The notes: a model not told the origin generated them from the letters alone. A stretch of 64,000 nt of DNA from Klebsormidium nitens (GCA_000708835.1 DF237431.1:1-64000); one strand, 5' to 3'; counted from the first letter of the stretch, positions 32,709-46,526 are shown. Numbers and translations are program-made.

Positions 32709-34851
32709 ATCGGACACTAATTGACCCCCAGAATGAGCACCGGCTAGGGGGATCCCCCATCCACGGAACCTCAGCCAGCCCCTCCGCCGTTCTCCTAAGC
32801 CCAACTCGGACTGACTCCACCAATCCGGACTCCTACCGCGCGCCCCCCATGCCGTTGCCATTTGACCATCGGAACCTTCGGCCGCGGGGGCCCACCGGAA
32901 AGGGGGGGTCGGATCGGCAGCAGGAGGGGGGGGAGGGGATGGCGCTGCTTCGGCGGGGGGTGGAAGTGGGCAGCGTGACTGCCCCGCCAAAAGCCGAGGA
33001 GACTGAGACGGAAGAGACGAAGAAGATGGCGAATATTAAGAGGAACACTTCGGTGATGTCGTTTACGGACGAGGAGTGCTGTCCGACGTGCTTGGATGGT
33101 GAGTGGGACACCTCAGCAGAAGAGAATTTCGCAAAAAGTCAACGTATTTTGCTGCATCTCGTGGCTTGCCTCTTCTCCTGCTTACGAGATCGAGCTCTTC
33201 TGCTCAATCAAATGTCCAAGATCCTCTGAACCTCGAGAGAACAAGAAAGAAGTCTGTAAGCAAGACAAGATGAGAACGACAGCTGGCAGTGCTGATTCAA
33301 CATGCTTGCACAGGGAAAGCGCTTTTGAAAAGTGACCAGGCGCGCTGTGCTGTCTCGTCGCTTACTTACCTATCATGCTAGCTCCGTGCACCGTTTCGAA
33401 GCCTCGTCGGCTAGAATATGTAAGTCCGGGCCTCGCTTATGTCATCACCGGTTCTCGCGCAGGCTATACCGAGGACAACCCGAAGATCCAGACGGCCTGC
33501 CTGCACCACTTTCATCTGAGTGAGACAATCCGTTTCCTTTCTGCCGGGGCTTAGCCCCGCCTTGCTCAATTACGACAGCCTGGAGTGCAGCAGCTTTTGT
33601 CAAGACGTATTGTGACGGCGTCCAGTTAGTTATGGGGACTCGAACCCCTCAACGGGGTTCCTCGAGTCCTGGCTCCGTTGTTGAAAGCGTAACGATTTGT
33701 ATTTCTCTAAACTAACGGAGAGCTTAAAACCGCCCTTCATGGTGACCAAGGTTTCTGGAAAGGTCCAAGTCTTGAATTGGACTTCATCTGAGTGCTGATC
33801 TGGACCGCTGAAACCTACAGGGGCGCCCATGCCCCGAACCCACTGTCAGGGTTTTGAGCCGGGCTGCTTGTTGCCAGCTCTAGTTGCAACTTTTGTCTCC
33901 TATTTAAGGCTCTGTCGTCATTTCTTGGTGCCCGGGTTGCAAGACATGTTATAGGGGTTAAAATAAGCTGTGTCTTTTCACTGTCAATATGTGAGGTGTG
34001 TGGTTTGCAAAAGAAGCCTGGGTCACAGAAAGGGTCGGATAGGCAACACGCCTGCAAGCGGCGGAAACGAGGCCTCCTTAGTGAATTGGACAAGTCTTGC
34101 AGCACGCTGCTGGTTTCTTCCATCCAACGCAACGTGTCTAGAAAGGAGGCAAGCGTCTTCTTGCACAGTGCTGTTGCGAAACGGGGCCTTACGGCATTCA
34201 CCAGATGCGCTTCCTCGTGCGCGGTTCTCCTACCCATGCGGGGAACTCAACACCACCAAACCCTGAATCCACTCACCGAGAAATATCGATGGCGCGTGCA
34301 GGTTGCATATACGAGTGGATGGAACGGAGCAACCGATGCCCCGTCTGTGACAAGGTACGTCGAAAAAGGAAGCAGCTTCGCTTTGTTGACTTGAGCAAAC
34401 CACCGCTACTTTATGCCTTCTGCTAGGGGCTACTTTCATAGACGTACGATTGGGTGTCCTGGAGCGAGAGGCCAGCGTCTCTGCCACCAAGGTTGCGCTG
34501 CTGTCCACTAGCACTGGTACATGAGTAGGGTCCTACGCGAATGTAGTGCTCCTGGATGCATGTAAAACGGCCCCACCGTAGCCCCATGCCTTTGATAGTG
34601 CATGGGCTTTTGAGAAGTCAAACATTGAACCTAAGCCTGCCTTCATCTCCCTCAAAGCTGCCTTTATTAGTCTCCATCTACTTGGACGAGACCCGAGTGT
34701 TCTCGATGGTGATGGGTTGCTGGACCTTATGCATTTCGAAGCTCGTCTCTCTGAATTTTCGGGCCCGCTTTCAAAAGGAGAATCGTTCAGAGGACGAGAT
34801 CGAGACATTTTATCCCGTTTTCTGCAGGAGATGATGTTCGATGAAAGGTGA
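32709..34851 (+). CDS. RING-H2 E3 ubiquitin ligase, At3g02290/RHB1A-like; first exon(s) upstream unresolved
   Basis: Spliced exons read PDSYRAPPMPLPFD ... CPTCLD-GYTEDNPKIQTACLHHFHL-GCIYEWMERSNRCPVCDK-EMMFDER*, with stop at 34849-34851. Confidence 0.9.
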
Positions 34852-35667
34852 CGTGGACAAAAACGAGCACGCAAAGCATCCGCTTGGCTGCATTCGCCTG
34901 TGACCTGTAATTAATAGATTGATCTGAAACGCAGCAGCATGTTTGTACAGTCAAGCGGGCACTTATTGGCTCATCAAAGGGGTAGAAGCTGGATTTGGAA
35001 GAGGACACGTGTGGGAAGGGTTGGTAGGCTTCGGCGAGCCCATAGAACTCGCCTGTAGATTCGATCAAGTTCGTCGTGGATCACACAGTGCCCTCAAGCC
35101 AGCTGTATTATAAGCTTCCAAAAGGTACGCTTTGCGAAGATATAGGTGGACCGACCATATTGTATATCGTCATCTAGAGTGGGCTCGAAAGTGGATTGAG
35201 TTCCTATGCGTCCGTTTAACATCTTCACAATGCGGGATGCACACGTTCTGCGGGCAGATGCTGTAGTTTTAATCATAGGCGATCGTTGCCATTGGCGTCC
35301 ATCGTAATGATCTGTCTCAGCCAATATGACGAATTTGGCGAGCCGCCTCCACTGCTGGCACAGATTGTGCAGCTCATGCCAGCCCGTTGATTACTTAAGA
35401 TGCCAGATCAATCAGCTTGCAACGGAAATGCATATGCATGGTATCTAGAAACATATGGCTGCGCAATATGGTTGCAGTCGGGCCTTGCTCTGTTTATTTA
35501 TTGCTATAGCTTGAGTTGGGCCTTTCTGTAATTCACAAATCTCCTGATTCCATGTAGAAAGCATGACGATGCGAACTAGAGCTTTGTGATCTTGCAGAAT
35601 TCGCCAGTCAAGTCCGAGTTCTTAGCGTCAGTAACCTATATAGCTCGGCAGGACTGCCTGCATGCAG

Positions 35668-37760
35668 CTATGTGCATGGCAGTGTCCCGTTGCGCCAGGG
35701 ACGCGGAGACAACAAGCGGCACATGCATCCGACCTGCTCAGTCACGCAAGCCTGTTCGATAAGCATCAGGGGCTCAATCCTGAGTGTATCGGTGTCTTGC
35801 TCGCTCGATCTCCGCTCTGGCATGTCTATCCCCTGCTCGATCGTTGGTCCAAGTACTCCAGCGAGATTCCTGTGGGCTCGTTCCGCTTGCAATGATGCTT
35901 GCGGCGAGGGAAGCGCTCTCGAGCGAGTCTGCCTGCGGGTGAGAACCGCATCTTCGTAGCTAAGATGCAAACCTGCGAGGCTGCTGCCATCCCGCTGCCA
36001 CGGCTGCTTTGTCTCTCCCACTCAGCGACGGTCGTATTTTCTCTCCCGGCTGCCGCGACTGTAAAAGACTCCGGCGTCGCTCCGGCGAGTCGTCATCTGA
36101 TTCCCTCACTCGCAGATCTAGACTGAAATGCGGCACATGGTGGTGGCTGCGCCTGTCGCTGCACCTATACTCTTCCTCGCTTTCCCAGGGGCTCACACTT
36201 CGGCTACGCTCGCGAGCACGATCATGGCGCTCGGAGATCGTACGACTCTGGTGGCGCGCGCGGCCTTGCTCCACAGACGCACGCTCCTGGGACTGGCTCT
36301 CTGCTCTTCTCATGACCTCACTCTTTCCGAAGCCGACGGCCAGTCCCCGTTCATGTGCGGCCATTCCGTCCCGCCACCCGTCCTTTCCAGGTTCTCTGGA
36401 ACGTGCGTTAGGGTGCGGCTGGCACAGCCCTTGCGCAGGGGAACTTGCGCAATTGTAGTTGACATGGATGTCCGTTTCGTCAGTAGCCGCATCCTGGCAC
36501 CCCACAAGCATCATCCCAACCGCTACTCTGTCCCTGAAGACAACCGACGGCTGCCCAGCAGCTTGGTCATACTTCTTGCGTTTTGCCTGCAGATGCGAAG
36601 TCACAAAGTTGAGGGGATCCCAGAGGGCAGCGTCTCTGGAATCTTAGCCACCGTTTTGAGTCCTTCATAGGCCGGAGCATCTTGTATTATGCAGGTGTGA
36701 TGCCAGACAGGCGCTTGATGAGCTGGTTTACCAAGGACTCAAAAGCGAGTCTCGATCAAGCAGGACAGGAAATTGTGCTTCTTGAAACAATGCAACTTTT
36801 GAACAAAACTTGAGTGCGGACATTAAGGTGCACTCCAGACAGGTCGCTTTCTCGACATATCAGTAAGCAGAACGCTCGCTCTTCTGAACAAACCCGCGGC
36901 ATTATTTTTTCGGACCACGAATGCCAGCAAGCGGTTTTGCGAGAAGTACCTTCACAGAGAACTTTGGAATTCAGCTGACAAAGTGCTCTTGCGTCTCACC
37001 ATCAGAGTCAACAAGCTAATCAGCAAACTTGCTCAAGCTTTCGGAGTGTGCTCAGCAAGCTACTCACATCGTGACCTCTTATGCAAGATCAGACTGTCTC
37101 AGATCTAGAATAAACCACCTGACAATTGTTTTTTTTCAAGGAGACATTAGGTGGTTGGTGATGCCACTGATTGGATCCAAAGCTATTGTCGCAGAAGTTG
37201 AAAACCATTTTAATTTGCTATCAGCAAAATTCAGGTCGAAAGGAAGATTGCATTCACCCCCCATTCACCCAAGTCTCTCACCTGCCTGCCACTCGACTTA
37301 ACCGCAAAGTACCACTTGATGACATCATCCAGTTGCTGCTGTGCCCAGGGGGGCCGTCCCTCTGCTCCCTTGGTCAGCGTCTCGGTCGCGTGCACAAGAA
37401 AAATGTGCGCCAAGCGCTGCTCATCATCCGGAAGGTCAGCCATGATGTGCTGAAAGTCAACAGGGTCAAACGGGATGTGGTTCATGATGCCGTTGCGGAT
37501 GAAACTGCCCACACGGGAGGCCAGCTCATGAGCCCCCTCATCTCCAAAGTACGTGTCCATGGCCATAGGTTCCGTGGGGGAAAGGCCCCGCCCTGATCGA
37601 TACCAAGCGCAGGCGGCATGGGCGTCAAAAAAGGCGCCAGAAACCTCAGCCTCAACCTAGCTGCTGGCGAGCAGCGGGAGGCGCCATGGCCAACGTCACA
37701 TATCTGGCGACGACACACCTGGCAAAGGTTCGAACCGTACCGCATAGCGCCTAAGGCTAG
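35668..37760 (-). CDS. Hypothetical protein: helical N-terminal segment followed by an Arg/Ser-rich low-complexity region; boundaries approximate
   Basis: Open frames at 37690-37285 (ending in a CAG|GTGAGA donor) and 36586-35960 (preceded by a CTGCAG acceptor). No family recognised. Confidence 0.45.
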
Positions 37761-39180
37761 TGCGGCCAGCCTCTGCGACCGGGCTATATCGCAGGCTTCT
37801 ACCGTACTATAGCCTGCCCTGCCAGGCCGCTTGCCGGCGGCCGGGCCGCGGCGGCCAGGGATCCCCTTGATTTTCCGGGGGATTCTAGAATTGGCCGGTC
37901 GGTTGGTCGGACTGAGTGGTATGGACTCGGTGACTGCGCACCGAGGACAATTCCTCAAATCCCCCAGCCTTTCAGGCGAGGAGTTCTAGCTCTCAGGGAC
38001 CGGGATCAGTACTCCCGGCGTCCAAATCCCAGTGATCCGGCCGCTCATGCTTTAAGGTTTAATTGCACTTTCCGTTCCAACCCGTATGAAACTTAAGGTT
38101 TGGATCGAACGGTTGCAAAGGAGAGGTGACACGTATCGACGACTTTAAATTGTCCGATCTGACAATCGCGGAGCCACGTGGAAAGCGTGGGCCGTCGGCC
38201 GACGGCGTTGTCGAATTTACAATTTGCACAATGTGCATGCCACATATTTCAAGCGGTTACAATTTTGGCACGACCGGGGGACCTGGTTGAGTTTAGGTCG
38301 GTTTACAGGTGGCCCTGGCGGTGGCCTGGCACTTTCAGCTGAGGCTGAGCGCTTCTCGTTTCGGGTTTTACTGTTGACTGTGTTGTAGTTAGGCCACTCA
38401 TAACTGTGGAACTTTCTGTTCGGGCGGCCAGGTCGGCATGACGATGCTGTGAGTCAGCTTGCCTAAGGAGCTGCCATGATTTCCATGCATGCAACTTGTG
38501 CTGATTGCAGCCCATATGATAAAAGCAACGGCCGGCCTCGCACTGATCGTCGTCGGCCGACTCTCGTCGGCCGACTCCAATTCCAAGGTTGGAAGACAAA
38601 GCATATCTCTCGTGCTGATGTGTTGTAATCTTAGCTTCTTTTGCGTTTCTTGCAAGGTTCTGCGTGCTCGAGATCCTTTCCCGCCTGCAGGTCTCGATTC
38701 TTCGAAGTAAATCCAGCAGGCTGCGGGGCTCCTTTTGCGTCCAACCGAGGGTTGTCAGCTCAACTTCTAGTGTTCGCAGCTGAGCACTAAAGCACTGTAA
38801 GCTTTTGAGAGAGGCGTAGAAAGCTTGAGCTTGGCAGTGCTGGCCCCCCTGCACATGCATGGGAAGAAGGGGCAAGCGCACAGCAAAACGAAGCTGAAAT
38901 TGCTCACGCTTTTTTGATATTGAGTCGGTTCATCTGGCGACCGCTCTATTGGCTTTCTGGTGCATCAAACCTGCGAGCTGCTCTTAGTCAGAAATCTTCT
39001 TAGCATAATCAGCAGGCTTACTAGAGACAATTTCTGCATCTGATGGTTGAAAGTTTGACTTCCAGCTCCGGTTTGCTGGAGTTTCTATGTTTAAAAGGCC
39101 CTTGACGGCAGCCAGTCTTTAGCACCAGCCTTTAGCACCAGCCTTTTGGTAAGGAGAACGACCAGTCTTCAGCTCCAGCC

Positions 39181-42100
39181 ATGGTGTCAGGAAACTTCCC
39201 TGAGCTGCTAAGCCCCCCCCAGTTCTCTCTGAGAAAGAGCCGGTCGCTGCCAAGCTCCCCGCTGGCTAGAACGCCAACTAGATTGAAGAGACGCGGCTTC
39301 AGGGCAGAGGCTATTCACCCTGACCTTATTCACACTGAGATCCCTTCTTCCGAAGAGATTGATGATGAGGGGCTGATATCCTTAAACGGGGCCAGTAACA
39401 CCAGTCAACTCAGCTCCCAGAAGATTAATGAACAATCTGCAGTGAGACTTGCCTCCTCCGGTTTATCCCTAACCAGTGCATACAAACCTTGGGCAAAGGG
39501 CTGGTTAAGAAGCACCGCTGAGGGCAGCCTGCCACTGTGGGTTGTCACAAGGGAGCGGGGCTTTCTGCCCTCAGTCGATCCCCCCACCACGGCAGTAACC
39601 CACACCCAAACCATGACCGGGTCAGCACTAAACCAGCTCCTAACCCTCGAAGCTCTCTTGGGGGAGCTCCCAAAGCTAGTGGTGGCAGCGGCAGGCAAGC
39701 CTGGGGCGCTGAGGAGGGCGCTGACGTCAGCAGTGCGGGAGGCTGATGTCAGCGGGATCAATGACGAGGCGCAGGCGTGGCGCGCGTTCACGGTGCTGTC
39801 CTTCTTGGCACACGTGTATGTCTGTGAGTTTTGTTGTCCCTGTTTCCCTGGTGTGGATGGAGTGCAGCAGGAGACGAGGGCTGGACTGTCAGGCAGCTTT
39901 GGTCCAGAGAATCCTTTGTTTTTAGATCCCCCTTCTTGATCTAATTTTTGCCATGATCTTTAGACTTTTGGTTGGTACGTTTGGGGGTATATGGGACACT
40001 TCCGAGAGCCCCTCATTTTTCGTCTGTATAGTTCTAGATGCTGCTTGCTGAGGTTGGATGTATTAATAGGTTCCTGTGTGTAACAGCTAAACTTCCGGTT
40101 CCCACCTTTACCTCATGGTCGCACTCAAATGGCTTGAAACAAGAGCATACCAACTACCGTAGCTTAGTAACTTACTTCTTTAAGTGCCAGGATTCGCACC
40201 TGAGAACCTCTTGCCCCACAAAGCCCAGGCGTCTCCAGCATTGGCCTGGACACCCTCCTCAAAATAAACGACAAACAATTTTCTGGTTTGTCTTCCAGGG
40301 GGGGACTTTCTGCCGCCAGCAAACCGACTGCCCGCCCCCCTGGCACGGCCCTGGTGCCAGCTGGCATGGAAGCTGGGCGTGCCGCCTGTGATGTCATGTG
40401 AGTTTCCCGCCAATTGAGGGAAAGACTTGTTTGATTCCGAGAAGACATGGGGCTTCCCGCTTTTGAGGTTTGAGAATCCTTCAGCACAAGCATTAATGGC
40501 ACAACAATGGCCAGAAGGTGTATCTGAATGCTGTTAGAGCGACCCGGACTCTGTAACCAGTGTTTTCACGGATGCAGTCTGCGTGAAATTGTTTGACAAA
40601 TCTCAGACGAAGTCCGCGATTGTTTGAGAATGAAAGCAATCGTTTGTGTCCGCCTTACATTGGCAGCACAGAGGCACATAACTGAGCATTGTGGTCGTTG
40701 ATTGGTGTTTTAGCAGACAGATGTCTACCAACTTTCTGCGAAGCTGTAGTCGAACTGAAGTGCTGAAGTCATATGGTTGCCTTAACCAGCCACACGATTG
40801 ACCTATTCTGACTGATTTGGAACCCTGTTTCAAGAAGGCAGCGGATTCGTATTGACGTGCGGACATTGACTTATTGTGCAGACGCGACGTACAATCTGCT
40901 CAACTGGCGCAGACTGGACCCTCGGGACTCCATTGAGCTAGGAAACATTGGTGAGCGGTCTTTGACTTTTCAGGCCGCGTTCGTTTAGGCCCTGCGAAGC
41001 TAGCAATCCGTTCGTTTCCGTCTCTTCTTTACATTTTTATTACTGTACGGCTTGCGCCTGCGCGGCTCGGTTATTATCGAAGAGCGAAGAGACTCTCCTT
41101 CTGCAACGGTGGCGGTAGATTGAATGAGAGCGGCAGGCGGATGCATCTTTTAAGCTCCAACTCAACCGCTTATCGCTTATTGCTTTTTATGGGTTTGATC
41201 GAGCAGGACCACTAGTCTGGATCGATTTGGGTGCCGGACTTTTGCGAAGCGCGAACTTTCGGAAACGGGCCCGATCAGCCCGCTTCGCTTGCTCGTTCGC
41301 AGTCGTAAGCAGGCTTCGTATAAATGCGCACTGACGCACATGGATGGAGATGCTGATTTTCGCCATCGTGTTCCGCTTCATTTGCAGTCTGCCTGGCAAA
41401 CTTCAACGGCGGGCTCGACGAAGAGTGGTTCCGGTAAGGATTGGAGATTAGCATCTCCTGGATATGTTTGACGGCCATGTTACTGCTCGTGCTTCTTTTC
41501 GTTCTTTGGCGACACTTGCGTTGCCTTTCTTGCCTTTTTTCGAAGTGTAGTTTTGCGGCGGGCTTTTGAGCAAACGTGTTTGATTCCGGACCCTGTTTTT
41601 TTTGCTTTGCTCCCTGTCAAAAGAACAGTAAACATAGCGTTGTGACTTCAGCTTGCCGCATCTAACCTTCGCGCCCTTGCGTCCATCAACATTTTCAGCT
41701 TTTCAGAACCAGAACAAGGAAAGATGTCGTTTCAGTTTTTCCGCCGCTTCAACTTCTTGCGAACGAACACATCTTGTCATCAACGTAGCCTTCTTATCGA
41801 ATCAGGTTGATCCACGTGGCGATCGAGCAGCAAGCGGCGCCCGCGATTGCGGCGATTTCCGACGCGCATGACTCCATACGTTCGTTTGATGTCGAGAAAG
41901 TCTCCCAAAGCTTGGAGACGATCAAGATAACCCTGCGGACGATGCTGGAAACTCTCAAGAGGATGCAATCGGCGTGCGATCCGCACGTCTACTACCATCG
42001 GTGAGAAAGACGTTTGATACTTAACATGCCGTTGACAAAAGGATGTGTAGTCCTTCTTAAGTATCATTTGGTTTGAGTACCAGGGATTCCTCTGCAGCAT

Positions 42101-44596
42101 CTAGTACGTTTGTCGGTCAAAGTTTGAAGAGCTAGACTTGTGCGTTCTTCTAAAAAGAAGCGACCTATCTAGCCTCACCTTAAGTTTCGTACGTAGTGCT
42201 ATGCATCAGTCGCATTTTGGTTGTCGAACCACTCTTTTGAGCTTCTTTGTGGCAAGGCTTTGGCTTATTCGAGGTTTTCGAGGTACGAACTCCTCGAGCG
42301 AAGCCAATCGAATGAGCAGACGTCAACATGCTCGTTTCTATGGTCTGCAGAGTACGCCCGTACACGTCCGGTTGGCGCAACAGCACCGATCTTCCGGACG
42401 GCCTGATCTACGAGGTGAGCGCGGACACGGACACTTAATCAGACCAGAAGCATTTCTCTCTGGGTGTCATTGACACTAGGTACGGTATCAAAAACTGATG
42501 GATTATGCCGCACTAACTTGTTTTGTTAACAGACTCAACTTCCTTTCCGAGAATTATTGACGAAGAGGTCCTTCTGTGCCGTTGTAAAATTTGTTCTGGA
42601 GATGGGCGTGGAGAGGAGAAAAAAGAGGCGAGAGACAGTAGCCGTTGCAAAAGCCGTGTAGGATGTTCGAGGCGTTTCTGAGAGGCCCCTAACGCATTAC
42701 GGCGGGACCTTTAAAAATTCTGCGAACTTTTTGGTCAAATATGCGGATTGCTTCGTCTTCGAGCAATGGTTCGAGAAGTAGTTGGATCACTGCGACAAGG
42801 TTTCAGCCTTCAATTGTCCATCGTTCCTGTGAGCCTGCAAAGCAAACATCAATATCAATCCTACTGTGGGAGGGCAAATGATTGGTAGATAGCAACGGAT
42901 ATTCACTGCTTCTCTTGCCAGGATGTATCCCAGGAGCCCACGAAGCGCTACGGCACACAATCTCGTCCATTGATTGCACCCCTTTCATTCTAAGTATTTG
43001 GAAAGCAGCAATTGCCTGCAAATATCAAATCGAAGGGCACACAGTCTTACTTAACTAAAGATATTTATTGCTTCTTCTTCCAGAGGCCCAGAGGGCCTCT
43101 GAGATTCTCAAGAAACACTACGGGCGCGCGCGTCCTTGGTGTTCGCATTCTGATTCTGGCTGTGACATTGCAGAGCTCGTATTGGCTCGTATTGACCTAT
43201 CTGAAGGGTTCAATATCCAGAAGTAGATAGAACTAGTTACCGCTCCTACACGTAGCTGCTTCCTCAAGTAAGTAAAACGAGTCACTGCTTCTTCCTCCAG
43301 GGCGTCTCCGAGGAGCCCGTAGAGCACTACGGCGAGTCATTGGTTTCGTTATTTGATTCTGGTGTGACTTTGCAGAGCTCGTATTGCCCCCAATTAATCA
43401 ATCTGAAGCGGGCCACTATCCACAAGTAACCAGAACTAATTCCTGCTTTTTCCTCCAGGGCGTTTCCGAGGAGCCCAGGACGTACTACGGCGCGACCCTA
43501 TTTGAAGGGGTCTCTACCCACAAGTCAATTTCAAAGCTAGTTCCTATTTTTTCCTCTAGGGTGTTTCCGAGGAACCCATGAAGCACTTGGCGCGTCCTTA
43601 GTGTTCGTATTTTGATTATGCGTCTTGCCCCCGATTCACCTCTTTGGAGGGGTCACTATCCGCAAGGAACTACTGTTTGAGTCTCTACTGCTTCTTTTTC
43701 CAGGGAGTTTCCGAGGAGCCCATGAAGCACTACGGCGCGACCGGGGCGCAGAGCGCGGTGCTGCCCGCGCTCGACGCCGCCCTCGGGGTGCAGCACCCGC
43801 CCGGTTGGCTCTCCGATTACCTGCGAGTCATGCGCGAGCATATGCCAGGGGAGCATCGCCGGGCGCTTCAGGCGATTGAACAGGGGCCGTCGATTCGCGC
43901 CTTCGTGCAGGAGCACTTTGAGAAGCTGGCGGGGCCGTACGATGAGGCGCTGAGGGAGCTGTACGCGTTCCGTAATCAGCACAAGGTCAGTGGTTGATTA
44001 AAATTTCCAGATCAATTTGATGGCAAATATGTATCAAAGCAATCCAGAACCATCCAAGCCTCGAGGCGGTGATTAGGTGACGGTTAGCCGTTGTTAAGTA
44101 GCCCGGGCGCAATCCTTACTGAAGGTTTATTACCCTGCTTCAGGAATTAGTTGTTGGGTCTTTCTGACCCGATCCGAATCAGACAGGGTAAATGGTTTGG
44201 TCTATGAATGGGGACAGCTCCTTTCCAGCGCTGTGTCACAAATGTTAGTAGTGCAGTGCAACAAGAAGCAAGTACTTAAGCCCACCAACCTTGGTTGCTC
44301 GCAAAAAACCTGCACCACCAGGCTTCGCTGGAGCTTCTTCCACCGTTGAAGTATCTTCAGGCACGAGCGCTGGGGTCGAGTGGGCGACTTGTACGTCTCC
44401 TTTTGTGCACATCGGTCTAGTCTTGGTTCGTCTGAGATTTATATCTTCAGCTGACTCCCCCGTTGTTTATTTGCAGTCATTTGCCTTTTCTTACATCAAG
44501 AAGCAGAGCAAGCTGGTCGACGAGAAGGGCACGGGGGGGACCGATTACATGCCGTACCTGGACAAGCACGCGCGCACAACGAGAGTGAGCAGCTAA
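39181..44596 (+). CDS. IDO: Indoleamine 2,3-dioxygenase family heme protein, 8 exons
   Basis: Exons splice in frame to RERGFLP..DP, FTVLSFLAHVYVWG, LPAPLARPW...LGVPPVMSYATYNLLNW, FNGGLDEEWFRLIHVAIE, CDPHVYYHRVRPYTSGW, GLIYEGVSEEP..GATGAQS, MREHMPGEHR, FRNQH (proximal His) and GTGGTDYMPYL, with stop at 44594-44596. Confidence 0.95.
43060..43740 (+). repeat. Degenerate tandem array (5 units) of intron 3' end plus start of the IDO exon
   Basis: Pyrimidine tract-AG-GG(C/A/T)GT(T/C)TCCGAGGA(G/A)CCC...CTACGGCG, with acceptor AG ending at 43083, 43300, 43458, 43559 and 43703. Confidence 0.9.
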
Positions 44597-46526
44597 TCTT
44601 TGGGGCTTTAGCCTCTTGAGTATTTGCAGAGCAGTTGGACGGTTTCCCGTGGTGTCAGCAGGAGTTGGTCAAGGCTTGTGTGCGCTGGGTCGAGTCGTTG
44701 GTCGCTTAAATGCATCTTCGTTCGACAGCAATCTTCCTTTCGAATTTGCGTACTGAAACTGTTCAAGAAGGAGTGGCATTGGGTACCGCGTTTTCTTTCA
44801 CGAACCGCCAGCTCGACGTGGGCATCGATGCGAGCGCCAGCGAACCCGTGCACGCGTCAGAAGGATTGACCTATTTTGGACGGTCACATGGAGTGGCTAT
44901 TCTTTGCAAATCATCTAAAAGACGCGCTGTTTCCCTCCTTCCTTTACACCTCTTTTGAATATTTGTTTTGGCGATCGATACGGATCGCCGCAAGAAATGG
45001 CTTGCCTGCATCATGAGTCTTGTGTCTATCTAGTGCTGGCCGCAGGACTAGAGCTGCACTTTTCCTGTGCTGTCAATTTCGACCGCGTGCCTCACAACTT
45101 TCGGCCACTCTTTTGCAGGAGCACCTTCTTTCCAACTAACCTGCACAAAGCTGGATAGACTTTGCAACAAGAGCCAATGAATGGCAGCCGCGATTGCTCG
45201 CGTTGATTTGTAAGAAGCAAGGATTTGCATTCAGTGTGAGAGCTTGTACATACTCTTGATAGAATGATTGGAGCACTATACTGTGCATATAAACGATATG
45301 TGAAGGTTTGATTTGGGTGCTTGCGGATTCTAGCGTGCGCTGAACTTACACACCTTGTACAGAGCAGTATCGGTGATGGCTTGCAACTTGCTAGGTAGAT
45401 AAGCTGGTAGATTAATCCGCTTATTGCTGGCTTTGAACATAATACATAGAAGTGTCAAGCTGCTACAATTTTGTACAGAGGCGAGCTGGCATGATGTCAA
45501 GAGCTAGGTATTGGTAGTCAAAACACATAGTAGCTGTGAAGCTGGCGTCAAAATAGCAGCGGTTCCAAACTTGAAACAAATTAGACAGCAATAAAAATAC
45601 TGGCAGGGCATGATTTGAGGGCAGTTTGATTGATGTGAGAAGTCACACTAAGCGGTATATCACAGATAGATTGCGTGTATAAGGATTGGAACAAGAAAGA
45701 ATTTTGAAGTTAATGTTGCAAATGCCAGTGGCCAAGCTTGCCCTTGATCGAATGAGCTTGCTTATTCCAGCTCCTTGCTTATGTCCGTCGTGTAGATTCA
45801 TGTCGTTTCCATTGAGAATTCATCAGAAACTTGATTCCGACAAGACTAGTTCAAATTTTCAAACCGTTCGTTGAATGTTCTTGAAGCTAGCTAGCATGGC
45901 TGGCATGGAATATTACATACTTTTGTAGTCTCAACGCATCTGGCCGCATACCCGTCACTCAGAGGGCGGCCGCCATTGAGCATCATTAGGGCCCGGCGGC
46001 CAGGCCGCGTGCTCCAGTTGCGCGGCCGCGCTTGCGAAGAATTTTCCATCCAGGGTTTTCAGAGGGTTTCGAGTCTCGTTCGATGTCAACCGTCGATGCC
46101 CTCTATTCAAATGCAATCGGACGCTCCAACTTCAAACTTATGACGGGACCCCTTGCCAGCATTTGCAAGTGCGACACCTTCCGACGCCATGTTGTTGGGG
46201 CAGCTGCTTCTTTTCCTGTTTCAGATCAGATTATCAGGTACCTAGGTAGAAGGGAAGGGCGTTGCTGCTGGCATTCACTGCTGGGCGCAGATGAGCACTA
46301 CCTGAGCTGAAATCTAGTCCTAAGCACAGCTTCCATTCTTTTTGTGAAGGGTGCAAGTGTCGGACTCGAGCAATATGCCAGCTCGGAAAGGGGAACAGGG
46401 GCACTTTTGTTTACAAGCCTTCTGCTTCTCTCAACCTGCTACTTACATTGAAATGGTGAAAATGGCAATTTGACTTTGATCCATTACCCAAGGCCAAGTT
46501 GTGCTCTGCAACAGCTAGCTGTGAAC

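Noticed and set aside
38303-38881. 192-aa minus-strand ORF upstream of IDO
   Set aside because: GTG start, no domain and no splice support; it lies in the probable IDO promoter region.
43060-43740. Repeat-spacer-like periodicity suggesting a CRISPR array
   Set aside because: The units are degenerate copies of a splice acceptor and exon start in a eukaryotic intron; the spacers are homologous to each other and no cas genes are present.
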